NCBI GenBank assembly: GCA_963734845.1
Contig: CAVTIS010000004.1
Span: 158,364-222,363 of the forward strand
Direction of reading: 5' to 3'
DNA length: 64,000 nt
Origin: an uncultured delta proteobacterium
Lineage (GTDB): Bacteria; Desulfobacterota; Binatia; Binatales; Binataceae
Shown here one piece after another: positions 1 to 7,826 of this stretch (positions within the stretch are counted from its first letter, which is position 1; the number at the start of each line of letters is the position of its first letter). A model generated the notes under the pieces. It saw only the letters and a program-made list of their open reading frames with translations, searched no databases and was not told the DNA's origin. Both the position numbers and the translations under genes were made by a program.

Positions 1-452
1 GGTCTCGTACAGGCTTGAGCAAACGACAATACCGCCCAACCACGGTCTCGAAATTTGTACTTTCCATGTTCATCACTGTCCTTCCACCGCCAAGCTCCTC
101 CGCCCGCCGTAATGGAGAATGCCCTGAGCCGGTACAGTAGCAATGATCGCGCCTACTGATTAGACGCTTTTCCCCCGATTTTATTTCTCATCCACAGCTT
201 GTGTAAAAGGCAAACAACTGGGGTTTTTGCAAAATTCTTTTCCCCCTTGGCTATTTGCAACTTCCACGGCACCGTTACGCGCTCTTGATCTGCGGCTTGA
301 ATCGCGTCAGGTACAGGACAGGCACAGGTAGGACTGATTCGAGATGGACCGGTTAGGGATGAAGATATGCGCACCGCATCACCGCCTAATCACTACTAGC
401 ATCATTTATTGTTAACAGACGCCCAACCTCCAAGATACTCGTTATAGATGCC

Positions 453-2213
453 ATGTCAACGCTATATCCGCTGATTATGGGCCGCGAGGCCGTGCTATCC
501 ACAGAACATTACCTTTCCGCAGCCGCGGGCGCCCGGATTTTCGACCGTGGCGGCAACGCCATCGACGCCGCCGTCGCCGCCGGCCTGGTCGAGGGTGTCG
601 TCAACCCGCACATGCACACCATAGGCGGCGAAGCGCCGATGCTCATCCGGCTGGGGTCTAACCAGCGCATTTTTTCAATTAATGGCAATACAATGGCGCC
701 CGCGCGGGCCACGATCGCTCATTATCGGGCTTTGGGCCTGGATCTGGTTCCGGGCGAAGGATTGCTCGGCGCGGGAGTGCCTGCGGCTTTCGGCGCGTTT
801 GCCTGCGCGCTCGAAAACTTCGGCACCAAATCGCTGGCCGAGGTCGCCGGCCCCGCGCTCGCGCTATGCGAAGACGGCTTCACCATGCATCCGGGCCTGT
901 GCGGCGACGACGAGTCGACTGACGTTCCGGGCCTCGGCATGGGATCGATTCGTGCCAACGCCGAGATGTTTCGCACGCGATGGCCGTCGACCGCGCGTAT
1001 CTATATGCCCGGCGGCGAACTTCCGCGCTCAGGCGACATCATCAGGAATCCAGCGCTGGCGAATTTCTTCCGTCGCCTGCTAGACGCGGAAGCCGGCGCC
1101 CGCAACGGCGGCCGCGAAGCCGGATTGCGAGCCGCGGTCGAGCGCTTTTACCGCGGCGACATCGCGCGCGAGATTGTCGCGCACTCCGAGGCGCACGGCG
1201 GGCTGCTGGCGCTCGAGGATCTCGCAGCCTTCACTACCCGGATCGAAGAGCCGGCGAGCCGCACTTACCGCGGCGCGACCGTCTTTAAGTGCGGAGCGTG
1301 GTCGCAAGGGCCGGTCTTCCTGCAACAGCTCGCGCTGCTGGAGGGCTTCGATCTCGCTGCAATGGGGCATAACTCGGCCGCCTACCTGCACACGCTCATC
1401 GAGGTGGCCAAGCTTGCGTTCGCCGACCGCGAGGCCTACTACGCCGACCCCGAGTTCGTCGACGTCCCGCTCAAGGAATTGTTCTCGGAGCGCTACGCGG
1501 CGTTGCGCCGCGCGCTGGTCGATCCGAAGCGCGCCTCGATGGATCTGCGGCCGGGTGATCCGCGCGCGATGCGGGCCGAGCTGGGCGCGCCGGTAAAGCC
1601 GCGTTCGTGGGGCGCCGGCACCACTCACGTCGACGCGGCCGATCGCCAGGGCAACCTTATCGCGATAACGCCGAGCGGCGCTTGGCTGCGCAGCTCGCCC
1701 GTCGCCGACGCGCTGGGCTTTCCGCTCGGCACGCGGCTGCAGACATTTTATCTCGACGAGCGCCATCCCAATGCTCTTGCGCCGCTCAAGCGTCCGCGCA
1801 CGACGCTCACGCCGTCGATGGCGACGACTCGCGACGGCCGATGGATCGCGTTCGGCACCCAGGGTGGCGACCAGCAGGATCAATGGACGCTGCAATTTTT
1901 CCTCAACCTGGCGGACTTCGGGATGAACCTGCAGGAGGCGATCGAAGCCCCGCGCTACTCCTGCATGCATGCTCCATCCTCGTTCTATCCGCACGATGCC
2001 GCTCCCGGACTGGTGCGCATGGAGGACCGGATCGATGAGCGCGTGCGTGCCGAGCTGGCCGCGCTCGGCCACAAGGTCGAGACGCGCCCCGCGTGGTGCG
2101 ACGGCAACGTGCTTGCCGTTGCGCACGACAGCGCGCGCGAGCGGCTCGCCGCCGGCGCCGATCCGCGCGGACAGATAGCGGCGCTGATGCCGGCGCAGGC
2201 GATCGGCTGGTGA
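453..2213 (+). CDS. ggt: gamma-glutamyltranspeptidase family protein
   Basis: 586 aa; Thr-nucleophile region GAGTTHVDAADRQGNLIAITPSGAW and overall GGT-like organisation; ATG at 453. Confidence 0.85.
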   Translation: MSTLYPLIMGREAVLSTEHYLSAAAGARIFDRGGNAIDAAVAAGLVEGVVNPHMHTIGGEAPMLIRLGSNQRIFSINGNTMAPARATIAHYRALGLDLVPGEGLLGAGVPAAFGAFACALENFGTKSLAEVAGPALALCEDGFTMHPGLCGDDESTDVPGLGMGSIRANAEMFRTRWPSTARIYMPGGELPRSGDIIRNPALANFFRRLLDAEAGARNGGREAGLRAAVERFYRGDIAREIVAHSEAHGGLLALEDLAAFTTRIEEPASRTYRGATVFKCGAWSQGPVFLQQLALLEGFDLAAMGHNSAAYLHTLIEVAKLAFADREAYYADPEFVDVPLKELFSERYAALRRALVDPKRASMDLRPGDPRAMRAELGAPVKPRSWGAGTTHVDAADRQGNLIAITPSGAWLRSSPVADALGFPLGTRLQTFYLDERHPNALAPLKRPRTTLTPSMATTRDGRWIAFGTQGGDQQDQWTLQFFLNLADFGMNLQEAIEAPRYSCMHAPSSFYPHDAAPGLVRMEDRIDERVRAELAALGHKVETRPAWCDGNVLAVAHDSARERLAAGADPRGQIAALMPAQAIGW

Positions 2214-2249
2214 TCGATCGCCGCGCCGCGTAACACGAGGAGGCGCAAG

Positions 2250-3143
2250 ATGGCGCGCGACAAGATGAAGCACCAGATGACGCGGAAGACGACGCGCGCG
2301 ATCGGCATCGTCGGCGCGGCAGCGACGGTTGCGGCGACGTTCATCGCGGTGTTCGTGGCGACAAGGGCCCCAAGTGCGCGGGCCCAGGGCGAGCTGTTCA
2401 ATCCGGCGCGAATCGCCGGCGCCACGACCAGCGATCCGGGCAAAATCGTTGACCTGACTTACACCTTCGACGCCTCTACCATCTACTGGCCCACCGAGGG
2501 CGGATTCGAGCACAAGTTCGAACTCTTCGGGATGCAGCCGGGCGGCTACTTCTACTCTTCGGCCAAATTCGCCGCGGCCGAGCACGGCGGCACACATATG
2601 GACGCGCCGCTGCATTTCAACCGCGACGGGATGTCGGTGGACCAGGTGCCGATGAGCTACTTCGTGGGGCCGGCGGTGGTAATCGATTTCTCAGCCCGCT
2701 CCGAGAATTATCCCGACGCCACGCTCAGCGTCGAGGACCTCCAAGCCTACGAAAGAACCCACGGCCAGATTCCGTCGGGAGCGATTGTGGTGGGGCGCTC
2801 GGGATGGGGCCGCTACTGGCCCGACAAGAAGCACTATCTCGGAAGCGACAAGCCGGGAGACGTCGCGCATTTGCATTTTCCCGGCTTCTCACCCGAGGCG
2901 GTCAAATTTTTACTCACCGACCGCAACGTAATGGCATTGGCAATTGATACGGCGAGCCTCGACCCCGGCAATTCCAGGGATTTTCCCGTCCATCGAATGT
3001 GGCTGGGCGCTAACCGCATCGGATTTGAAAATCTTGCCAATGCCGACAAACTTCCATTCAGCGGTGCGATGCTTTTTTGTATTCCGATGAAGATTGGCAA
3101 GGGCACTGGAGCACCGGCGCGCATTTTCGCGGTACTCCCATAA
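2250..3143 (+). CDS. cyclase-family protein (kynurenine formamidase-like) with N-terminal signal/TM segment
   Basis: HGGTHMDAPLHF motif (HxGTHxDxPxH of cyclase family PF04199); hydrophobic N-terminus. Confidence 0.75.
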   Translation: MARDKMKHQMTRKTTRAIGIVGAAATVAATFIAVFVATRAPSARAQGELFNPARIAGATTSDPGKIVDLTYTFDASTIYWPTEGGFEHKFELFGMQPGGYFYSSAKFAAAEHGGTHMDAPLHFNRDGMSVDQVPMSYFVGPAVVIDFSARSENYPDATLSVEDLQAYERTHGQIPSGAIVVGRSGWGRYWPDKKHYLGSDKPGDVAHLHFPGFSPEAVKFLLTDRNVMALAIDTASLDPGNSRDFPVHRMWLGANRIGFENLANADKLPFSGAMLFCIPMKIGKGTGAPARIFAVLP

Positions 3144-3458
3144 AGATCCTCGGGGAATTGCTCGCGGCTCCCGCTTCTCTCAGTAAACGAAACAGGCCGG
3201 GGCAGTGTCGGCTGCGCGATCCGCGATCGGCAGAACGTCCGCAAAATGTACCCTAGGATGCATCAAAAGCGGTTGCATCAACGCGACTCACACTGACACC
3301 TGTTAAGCAAAAGACTTGAAAAAGCGGTAGAATATAAAATGATAGTAATCGGCATGAAAGCTGCTGACTGGGGGGTGGGCAAAACCAAGCGGCGGCAGCG
3401 CACCGAACAAGGTTGGAAACCAGGAAATTTTCTTTACGTAGAGAGGAGGGGGCGAGCG

Positions 3459-3806
3459 ATGCGCAAAGGGGCAGTCTCGACGATCTTGGTGGCGATGGCC
3501 GCGATTCTTTTGGTGGCCGGATGCTCCGGGGAGCCGTTGTCGACGCGTGAAAAGGGCACACTTCTGGGAGGTGGAATCGGCGCCGCGACCGGCGCAATTA
3601 TCGGCGCCGCGGTCGGCGCACCCGGCGCGGGTGCCGCTATCGGCGGTGCGATTGGCGGCGTGGGCGGCTTTGCGGTCGGCAACTCGATGCAAAACAACGA
3701 AAACGCTCAAGCTCAGACCCAGAGTCAGATGCAACAACAGCAGCAGCAACTCGAGCAACAGCGCCAACAGATCCAGCAACTCAAACAGCAGCAGGAAACA
3801 GAGTGA
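3459..3806 (+). CDS. glycine-zipper lipoprotein with Gln-rich coiled-coil C-terminus (paralog 1 of 3)
   Basis: SD GAGAGGAGGG 9 nt upstream; signal peptide + lipobox LVAGC; GxxxG zipper GGGIGAATGAIIGAAVGAPGAGAAIGGAIGG; C-terminal QAQTQSQMQQQQQQLEQQRQQIQQLKQQQETE. Confidence 0.75.
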   Translation: MRKGAVSTILVAMAAILLVAGCSGEPLSTREKGTLLGGGIGAATGAIIGAAVGAPGAGAAIGGAIGGVGGFAVGNSMQNNENAQAQTQSQMQQQQQQLEQQRQQIQQLKQQQETE

Positions 3807-3855
3807 CGGTTCGCCCAAGCGGAATCACCTGACGCGAATCGCCTGAGAGGAAGCG

Positions 3856-4221
3856 ATGAAGTATTCCAGAAATTCGAACAAAGGCGTGTTGGCGACGATG
3901 GCCTTTGTGCTGGTCGCGGCCTTTACGCTTGCCGGATGCAGCGGGCAGCCTTTGTCGACACGTGAAGAAGGAACGCTCGGCGGCGGCGTGCTGGGTGCAG
4001 GCGCCGGGGCAATCATCGGCGCTGCGGTCGGCAGTCCGGGCGCCGGCGCTGCGATCGGCGGCGCACTGGGCGCGGGCACCGGCTACGTCATCAGCAACTC
4101 GATGCAGAACAACCAGGACGCGCAGGCGCAGACCCAAGGCCAGATCCAGCAGCAGCAGCAGGAACTCGAGCAGCAGCGCGAGCAGATCCAGCAACTCAAG
4201 CAGCAGCAGCAAACCGAATGA
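3856..4221 (+). CDS. glycine-zipper lipoprotein with Gln-rich coiled-coil C-terminus (paralog 2 of 3)
   Basis: lipobox LAGC; glycine zipper; tail QAQTQGQIQQQQQELEQQREQIQQLKQQQQTE; RBS GAGAGGAAG upstream. Confidence 0.75.
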   Translation: MKYSRNSNKGVLATMAFVLVAAFTLAGCSGQPLSTREEGTLGGGVLGAGAGAIIGAAVGSPGAGAAIGGALGAGTGYVISNSMQNNQDAQAQTQGQIQQQQQELEQQREQIQQLKQQQQTE

Positions 4222-4269
4222 GCAGGCCTCGGCACGGGCGGCCCGGGGAATTGGGGGGGGAACACTTAT

Positions 4270-4635
4270 ATGGAGAAATCGAAAAGTTTTCGCGCGGCGA
4301 CGGTTACGATGGCAGCGTTGTCGGCCCTACTGGTTGTCGCGCTTGCCGGATGCGGTCCGCAAGGAATGTCAACGACTACGGAAGGAACGCTCGGCGGCGG
4401 CGTGCTGGGCGGCGGCACCGGCGCCATAGTCGGCGCGGCGGTAGGACATCCGCTGGCCGGCGCCGCGATCGGCGGTGCGCTGGGCGCGGGCACCGGCTAC
4501 GTCGTGGGCAGCTCGCTCCAGAACCAGCAGACCGCGACCCAGCAGCAGCAAGGGCAGATTCAGAACCAGCAGCAGGAGATCCAGAGCCAGCGCATGCAGA
4601 TCCAGCAGCTTCAGCAGGAACAGCAGACCGAATAG
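4270..4635 (+). CDS. glycine-zipper lipoprotein with Gln-rich coiled-coil C-terminus (paralog 3 of 3)
   Basis: lipobox LAGC; glycine zipper GAAIGGALGAGTGYV; tail QQQQGQIQNQQQEIQSQRMQIQQLQQEQQTE. Confidence 0.75.
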   Translation: MEKSKSFRAATVTMAALSALLVVALAGCGPQGMSTTTEGTLGGGVLGGGTGAIVGAAVGHPLAGAAIGGALGAGTGYVVGSSLQNQQTATQQQQGQIQNQQQEIQSQRMQIQQLQQEQQTE

Positions 4636-4653
4636 CCAACGGGCAGACTCAAG

Positions 4654-4701
4654 ACGCGTTGCGGCGCGGGCGCCTCAAACGGGCTCCGCGCCGCAGCGCG
4701 T
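4654..4701. terminator. GC-rich hairpin between convergent genes (bidirectional terminator candidate)
   Basis: ACGCGTTGCGGCGCGG (4654-4669) pairs with CCGCGCCGCAGCGCGT (4686-4701), a 16-bp stem with 1 mismatch and a 16-nt loop, followed by TTTGG. Confidence 0.5.
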
Positions 4702-4723
4702 TTGGATCTCGCTCAGTCGCGCG

Positions 4724-5599
4724 CTAGGCCGGACGACAGAGCTTGCAGGCGCGCAGTCCCGCACTGCGCGCGCGGTCCGAATTGGCAAAAATGACCGCCT
4801 TCGCGGGGTCGGCGCGAATCGCCGCATGGCATTGCGGTCGGCAGAAGATGTGGGTCACCAGATGCCCCATCACGCTGCTCGCCGGCAATCGATGGTCGCG
4901 CGCCACGCTAAAACCCTCCGCGCGCAACAACTTGATCTTGCGCGGCACGCCGCCGCCATAGTTGCCGATCGTGCCGTCGGACCGGATCACCCGATGGCAT
5001 GGGACATAGAGCGGCACCGGGTTGGTCGCCATCGTATTGCCGATCGCGCGCTGGCCCGACGGCGCGCCCACCGCCGCCGCCAGCGCCTGATAGGTGATGA
5101 CCGAGCCGGGCGGCACTGTACGGCGAAGCCGCATCAGCGCGCGCCGCTGAAAATCTGTCCGCACCAGGCTCAAGTCAACCGGGCGGTCGAGCGCGTGCAT
5201 GTCGCCTTTTATGTAGCGCTCGATCTCGCGTCCGATGCGCGCCGCGGTCTGCGGATCTTCGACCAGATCGAATCCCTCCTTCAACCCGGCCAGCGCGTCG
5301 GGTGCATCGGCTACTTCGAGGAACTGCACCGCGAGCAAACCGCGCACACTCTCGGCCACCAGCAGGCGGCCGACCGGCGAGTCGACTACCCCGACGCGCG
5401 CCACTGGTCTGCGCGCACGGCCAAGCGTCCGTGCGAGCTTAGGCCGCACTGCGCGCAGCGCCGCATCGACGGCGGCGTCGTCGGGCGCGCTCTCCATCCC
5501 GAGCGGCCCGTCATCGCCGAGCATCTCGCGCATCAGTATTTCGTCCTTGAGCGTCTGATTCATGATGTTCACCGTTCTGGATTTCGCCGCCTTGCGCAT
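4724..5599 (-). CDS. methylated-DNA-protein-cysteine methyltransferase (MGMT/Ogt) fused to a C-terminal Ada-type Zn(Cys)4 methylphosphotriester-repair domain
   Basis: MGMT active site PCHRVIRSDGTIGNYGGG; C-terminal IFCRPQCHA...IFANSDRARSAGLRACKLCRPA matches the Ada N-domain pattern FCRPSC...FY...A...GFRPCKRCQP; start ambiguous (M at about 5597 overlapping the sigma stop, or the upstream M at 5665). Confidence 0.8.
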   Translation of the reverse strand: MRKAAKSRTVNIMNQTLKDEILMREMLGDDGPLGMESAPDDAAVDAALRAVRPKLARTLGRARRPVARVGVVDSPVGRLLVAESVRGLLAVQFLEVADAPDALAGLKEGFDLVEDPQTAARIGREIERYIKGDMHALDRPVDLSLVRTDFQRRALMRLRRTVPPGSVITYQALAAAVGAPSGQRAIGNTMATNPVPLYVPCHRVIRSDGTIGNYGGGVPRKIKLLRAEGFSVARDHRLPASSVMGHLVTHIFCRPQCHAAIRADPAKAVIFANSDRARSAGLRACKLCRPA

Positions 5600-6177
5600 C
5601 ACCGGATCGCCTTCAGCTTTTTCAGCGCCTGGTAGACGCTGGCCCGCGCGCTGTCCGCCGAGCACTCCAGCGCCGCGCCGATTTCCTCGTATTCGAGTCC
5701 CGCAAACTTGCGCATCACCAGCGCCTGGCCCTGCTTGTGCGGGAGCCCAGCGATCGCGCGCCGCAAATGGATCACGCCCTCATGTCCGCCGCCGGCAGGC
5801 GCCGCGGATGCGGCATGATGATCGCCGCCGGTCGGATCGTCGCCGTTGCTTATGACGCGCGCACGCCGCATATTGTCGCGCGCGCGGTTGCGGCAGAGAT
5901 TGGTCGCAATTCGGTACAGCCACGGCCGCAGACCCTGCTCGGAGTCGAGTTGCGGATAGGCGCGATAGGCTCGCAGCCAGGTTTCCTGGAAAAGGTCGAG
6001 CGCGTCGTTCTGATCGCGGGTCATGCGGAGCAGAAACCGCATGATCTCACGCTCGTGGCGCCCGAGCGCTTCCTCAAATGGCGGCGGCAAGTTGAGTTTG
6101 GCCGTGGCTTCCATGGCACAGGTTATAACCCCGCCCGGGGCCTGGCGTGAATCGCGAACCAAGGACCCATCCGGCAC
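5599..6177 (-). CDS. RNA polymerase ECF-type sigma-70 factor
   Basis: region 2 LFQETWLRAYRAYPQL...LYRIATNLCRNR and region 4 ALVMRKFAGLEYEEIGAALECSADSARASVYQALKKL; the true start may be the internal M (MEATAKL, about 6114). Confidence 0.8.
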   Translation of the reverse strand: MPDGSLVRDSRQAPGGVITCAMEATAKLNLPPPFEEALGRHEREIMRFLLRMTRDQNDALDLFQETWLRAYRAYPQLDSEQGLRPWLYRIATNLCRNRARDNMRRARVISNGDDPTGGDHHAASAAPAGGGHEGVIHLRRAIAGLPHKQGQALVMRKFAGLEYEEIGAALECSADSARASVYQALKKLKAIR

Positions 6178-6234
6178 TGCCGCGCCCGGCAGTTCGGCCG
6201 TTCCTCTACCCTGCTGTCCGCTGCGCTACTAGAG

Positions 6235-6260
6235 TTGACACCAATCGCAGTCGATATAAT
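6235..6260 (+). promoter_or_regulatory. sigma70-like promoter for the NnrU gene
   Basis: perfect TTGACA (6235-6240) and TATAAT (6255-6260) hexamers with a short 14-nt spacer, about 30 nt upstream of SD AGGAGGAG and the ATG at 6290. Confidence 0.4.
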
Positions 6261-6289
6261 CGCCGCCGCCTCTGAATAGGAGGAGAACG

Positions 6290-6982
6290 ATGGGAGCCGT
6301 CGGACTGATAGCGCTATGGGCCGCACTATTCCTGGCCGGCCATTTCATCCTGTCCTCCGAGACGGTACGCGGCAGGATCGCCGGGGCGGTCGGCGAGCAG
6401 CCTTTTCGCGGCATCTACTCGCTGGTCGCGCTGGCAACGTTCATCCCGATGGTCGTCGCGTTCGGCCATCACAAGCATGCGGGCCCGATGCTGTGGTATC
6501 TGCGCGGGGTCGCGCCGCTGCGATGGCTGGTGTGGCTGATGATGCTGGTGGCGCTGATCATGTGGGTCGCGTCGCTTATAACTCCTAATCCGGGAGCGCT
6601 CGGCGCGCCGGATAATCTTACTCCGCGCGGTATCCTCAAGCTCACGCGGCATCCAGGCTTCGTCGCGTTCGCGATCTTCGGCTTCGCGCACATGCTGATG
6701 AACGGATGGGCCGGCGACCTGATTTTCTTCGGCACGTTTCCGGCGCTAGGCATCTTCGGCGGTCTGCATCAGGACCGTCGCAAGCTGCGCTCGATGGGCG
6801 AACGTTACCGCCGTTTCGTCGAGCAGACCTCTTTCATGCCCGCGGCGGCGTTGCTGAGCGGGCGCCAGCACTGCCATCCGACCGAGGATTTGCCGTTGCT
6901 CGCGATCGTAATCGGCACAGTGCTGACGGCCGTGCTGGTCGCGATTCATCCGTGGGCGTTCGGTGGCCACCCGCTGGGTTAA
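6290..6982 (+). CDS. NnrU-family membrane protein
   Basis: multi-TM; LTRHPGFVAF and C-terminal GERYRRFVEQTSFMPAAAL resemble the NnrU GE.W..Y...TS..PF motif. Confidence 0.6.
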   Translation: MGAVGLIALWAALFLAGHFILSSETVRGRIAGAVGEQPFRGIYSLVALATFIPMVVAFGHHKHAGPMLWYLRGVAPLRWLVWLMMLVALIMWVASLITPNPGALGAPDNLTPRGILKLTRHPGFVAFAIFGFAHMLMNGWAGDLIFFGTFPALGIFGGLHQDRRKLRSMGERYRRFVEQTSFMPAAALLSGRQHCHPTEDLPLLAIVIGTVLTAVLVAIHPWAFGGHPLG

Positions 6983-7006
6983 GGCTGCGCCCAAGGAAGC
7001 TGAGGC

Positions 7007-7792
7007 TTAGGGCGCGGGCAACCTGAACAGGCGTATGGCGTTCGCGCAAATCTGCGCCGCGAACGCCGAGGCGTCGGCACTGCGTAGCGCAGCCATCGCC
7101 TCGAACGTGCGGCGGACGTACGCAGGCTCGTTGGGCTTACCGCGATACGGCTCGGGCGTGAGATAGGGCGCGTCGGTTTCGATTAGCAGGCGATCCCCCG
7201 GCACCACCATCGCGGCCGCCCGCAATGCATTGGCTTTCTTGAAAGTGAGAATTCCGGAGAACGATACATAGAAACCGAGTTCGACGAACTCTTGCGCTGC
7301 GTCTGCGTCGCCGGTGAAGCAATGGATCATCCCGCCGGCCGGCGGCATTCCGGTTTCGCGAACGATCTCGCATAGCCGCCGCTCGGCGTCCCGGCAATGA
7401 ATCATCACCGGACGATCGAGCGCGCCGGCGAGTTCCAGATGCGCTCTGAGTGATCGCTCCTGCGCGTCCGTCGGCGAGTGCATGTAATGAAAATCCAGCC
7501 CGGTCTCGCCGATCGCGACCACTTTCGGCGAGCGCGCGAGCGCGGTGAGCGCCGCGATGCGCGGCTCGTCGCAATCGGAGGCGTTATGCGGATGGACTCC
7601 GACGGCAGCGAAAACGTGCGGATGGCGTTCGGCGATCTCTACCGTGAGCCGGTCAGTCTCAATCGTGTCGATCGCGCCGACCGCGATGATCGTGCCAACC
7701 GCGGCGCCGGCCGCGCGCGCAAGCGCGCCGTCGAGATCCGGATAGAGCCGTGGGTCGGCCAGATGACAATGCGCGTCGAGGATCGTGTCCAT
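7007..7792 (-). CDS. tatD: TatD-family metal-dependent hydrolase/DNase
   Basis: MDTILDAHCHL start and VVAIGETGLDFHY...PVMIHCRDA motifs; the ORF-track N-terminal extension was discarded. Confidence 0.85.
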   Translation of the reverse strand: MDTILDAHCHLADPRLYPDLDGALARAAGAAVGTIIAVGAIDTIETDRLTVEIAERHPHVFAAVGVHPHNASDCDEPRIAALTALARSPKVVAIGETGLDFHYMHSPTDAQERSLRAHLELAGALDRPVMIHCRDAERRLCEIVRETGMPPAGGMIHCFTGDADAAQEFVELGFYVSFSGILTFKKANALRAAAMVVPGDRLLIETDAPYLTPEPYRGKPNEPAYVRRTFEAMAALRSADASAFAAQICANAIRLFRLPAP

Positions 7793-7826
7793 ATCAACTT
7801 TCGATCGGCACTGCTCGATCGGATCT

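Larger units (their letters stand above)
3459..4635 (+). repeat. tandem triplication of a ~410-bp gene unit (three paralogous lipoprotein genes)
   Basis: three consecutive same-strand genes of 116/121/121 aa with the same domain order, each with its own RBS; copies 2 and 3 are the most similar. Confidence 0.7.

Noticed and set aside
1-77. Possible minus-strand gene start (ATG at 65-67 or 71-73) running off the left edge
   Set aside because: The codons (GAA AGT ACA AAT TTC) are AT-rich and atypical for this GC-rich genome, and only about 22 codons are visible; insufficient evidence.
1080-2615. 511-aa minus-strand ORF antisense to ggt
   Set aside because: Arg/Ala/Gly-rich with no motifs; the opposite strand holds a confidently identified gene; typical GC-rich antisense artefact.
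3303-4212. Leu-rich minus-strand ORFs (LLLLELLDLL...) opposite the lipoprotein genes
   Set aside because: They are simply the reverse complement of the CAG/CAA-rich Gln-tail codons; the plus-strand genes have an RBS, signal peptide and lipobox.
6178-6230. ECF-type promoter (GGAAC ... CGT) for the sigma gene on the minus strand
   Set aside because: A GGAAC is present at about 6206-6210 but no convincing -10 (CGTC-like) element at the right spacing, so not reported as a feature.
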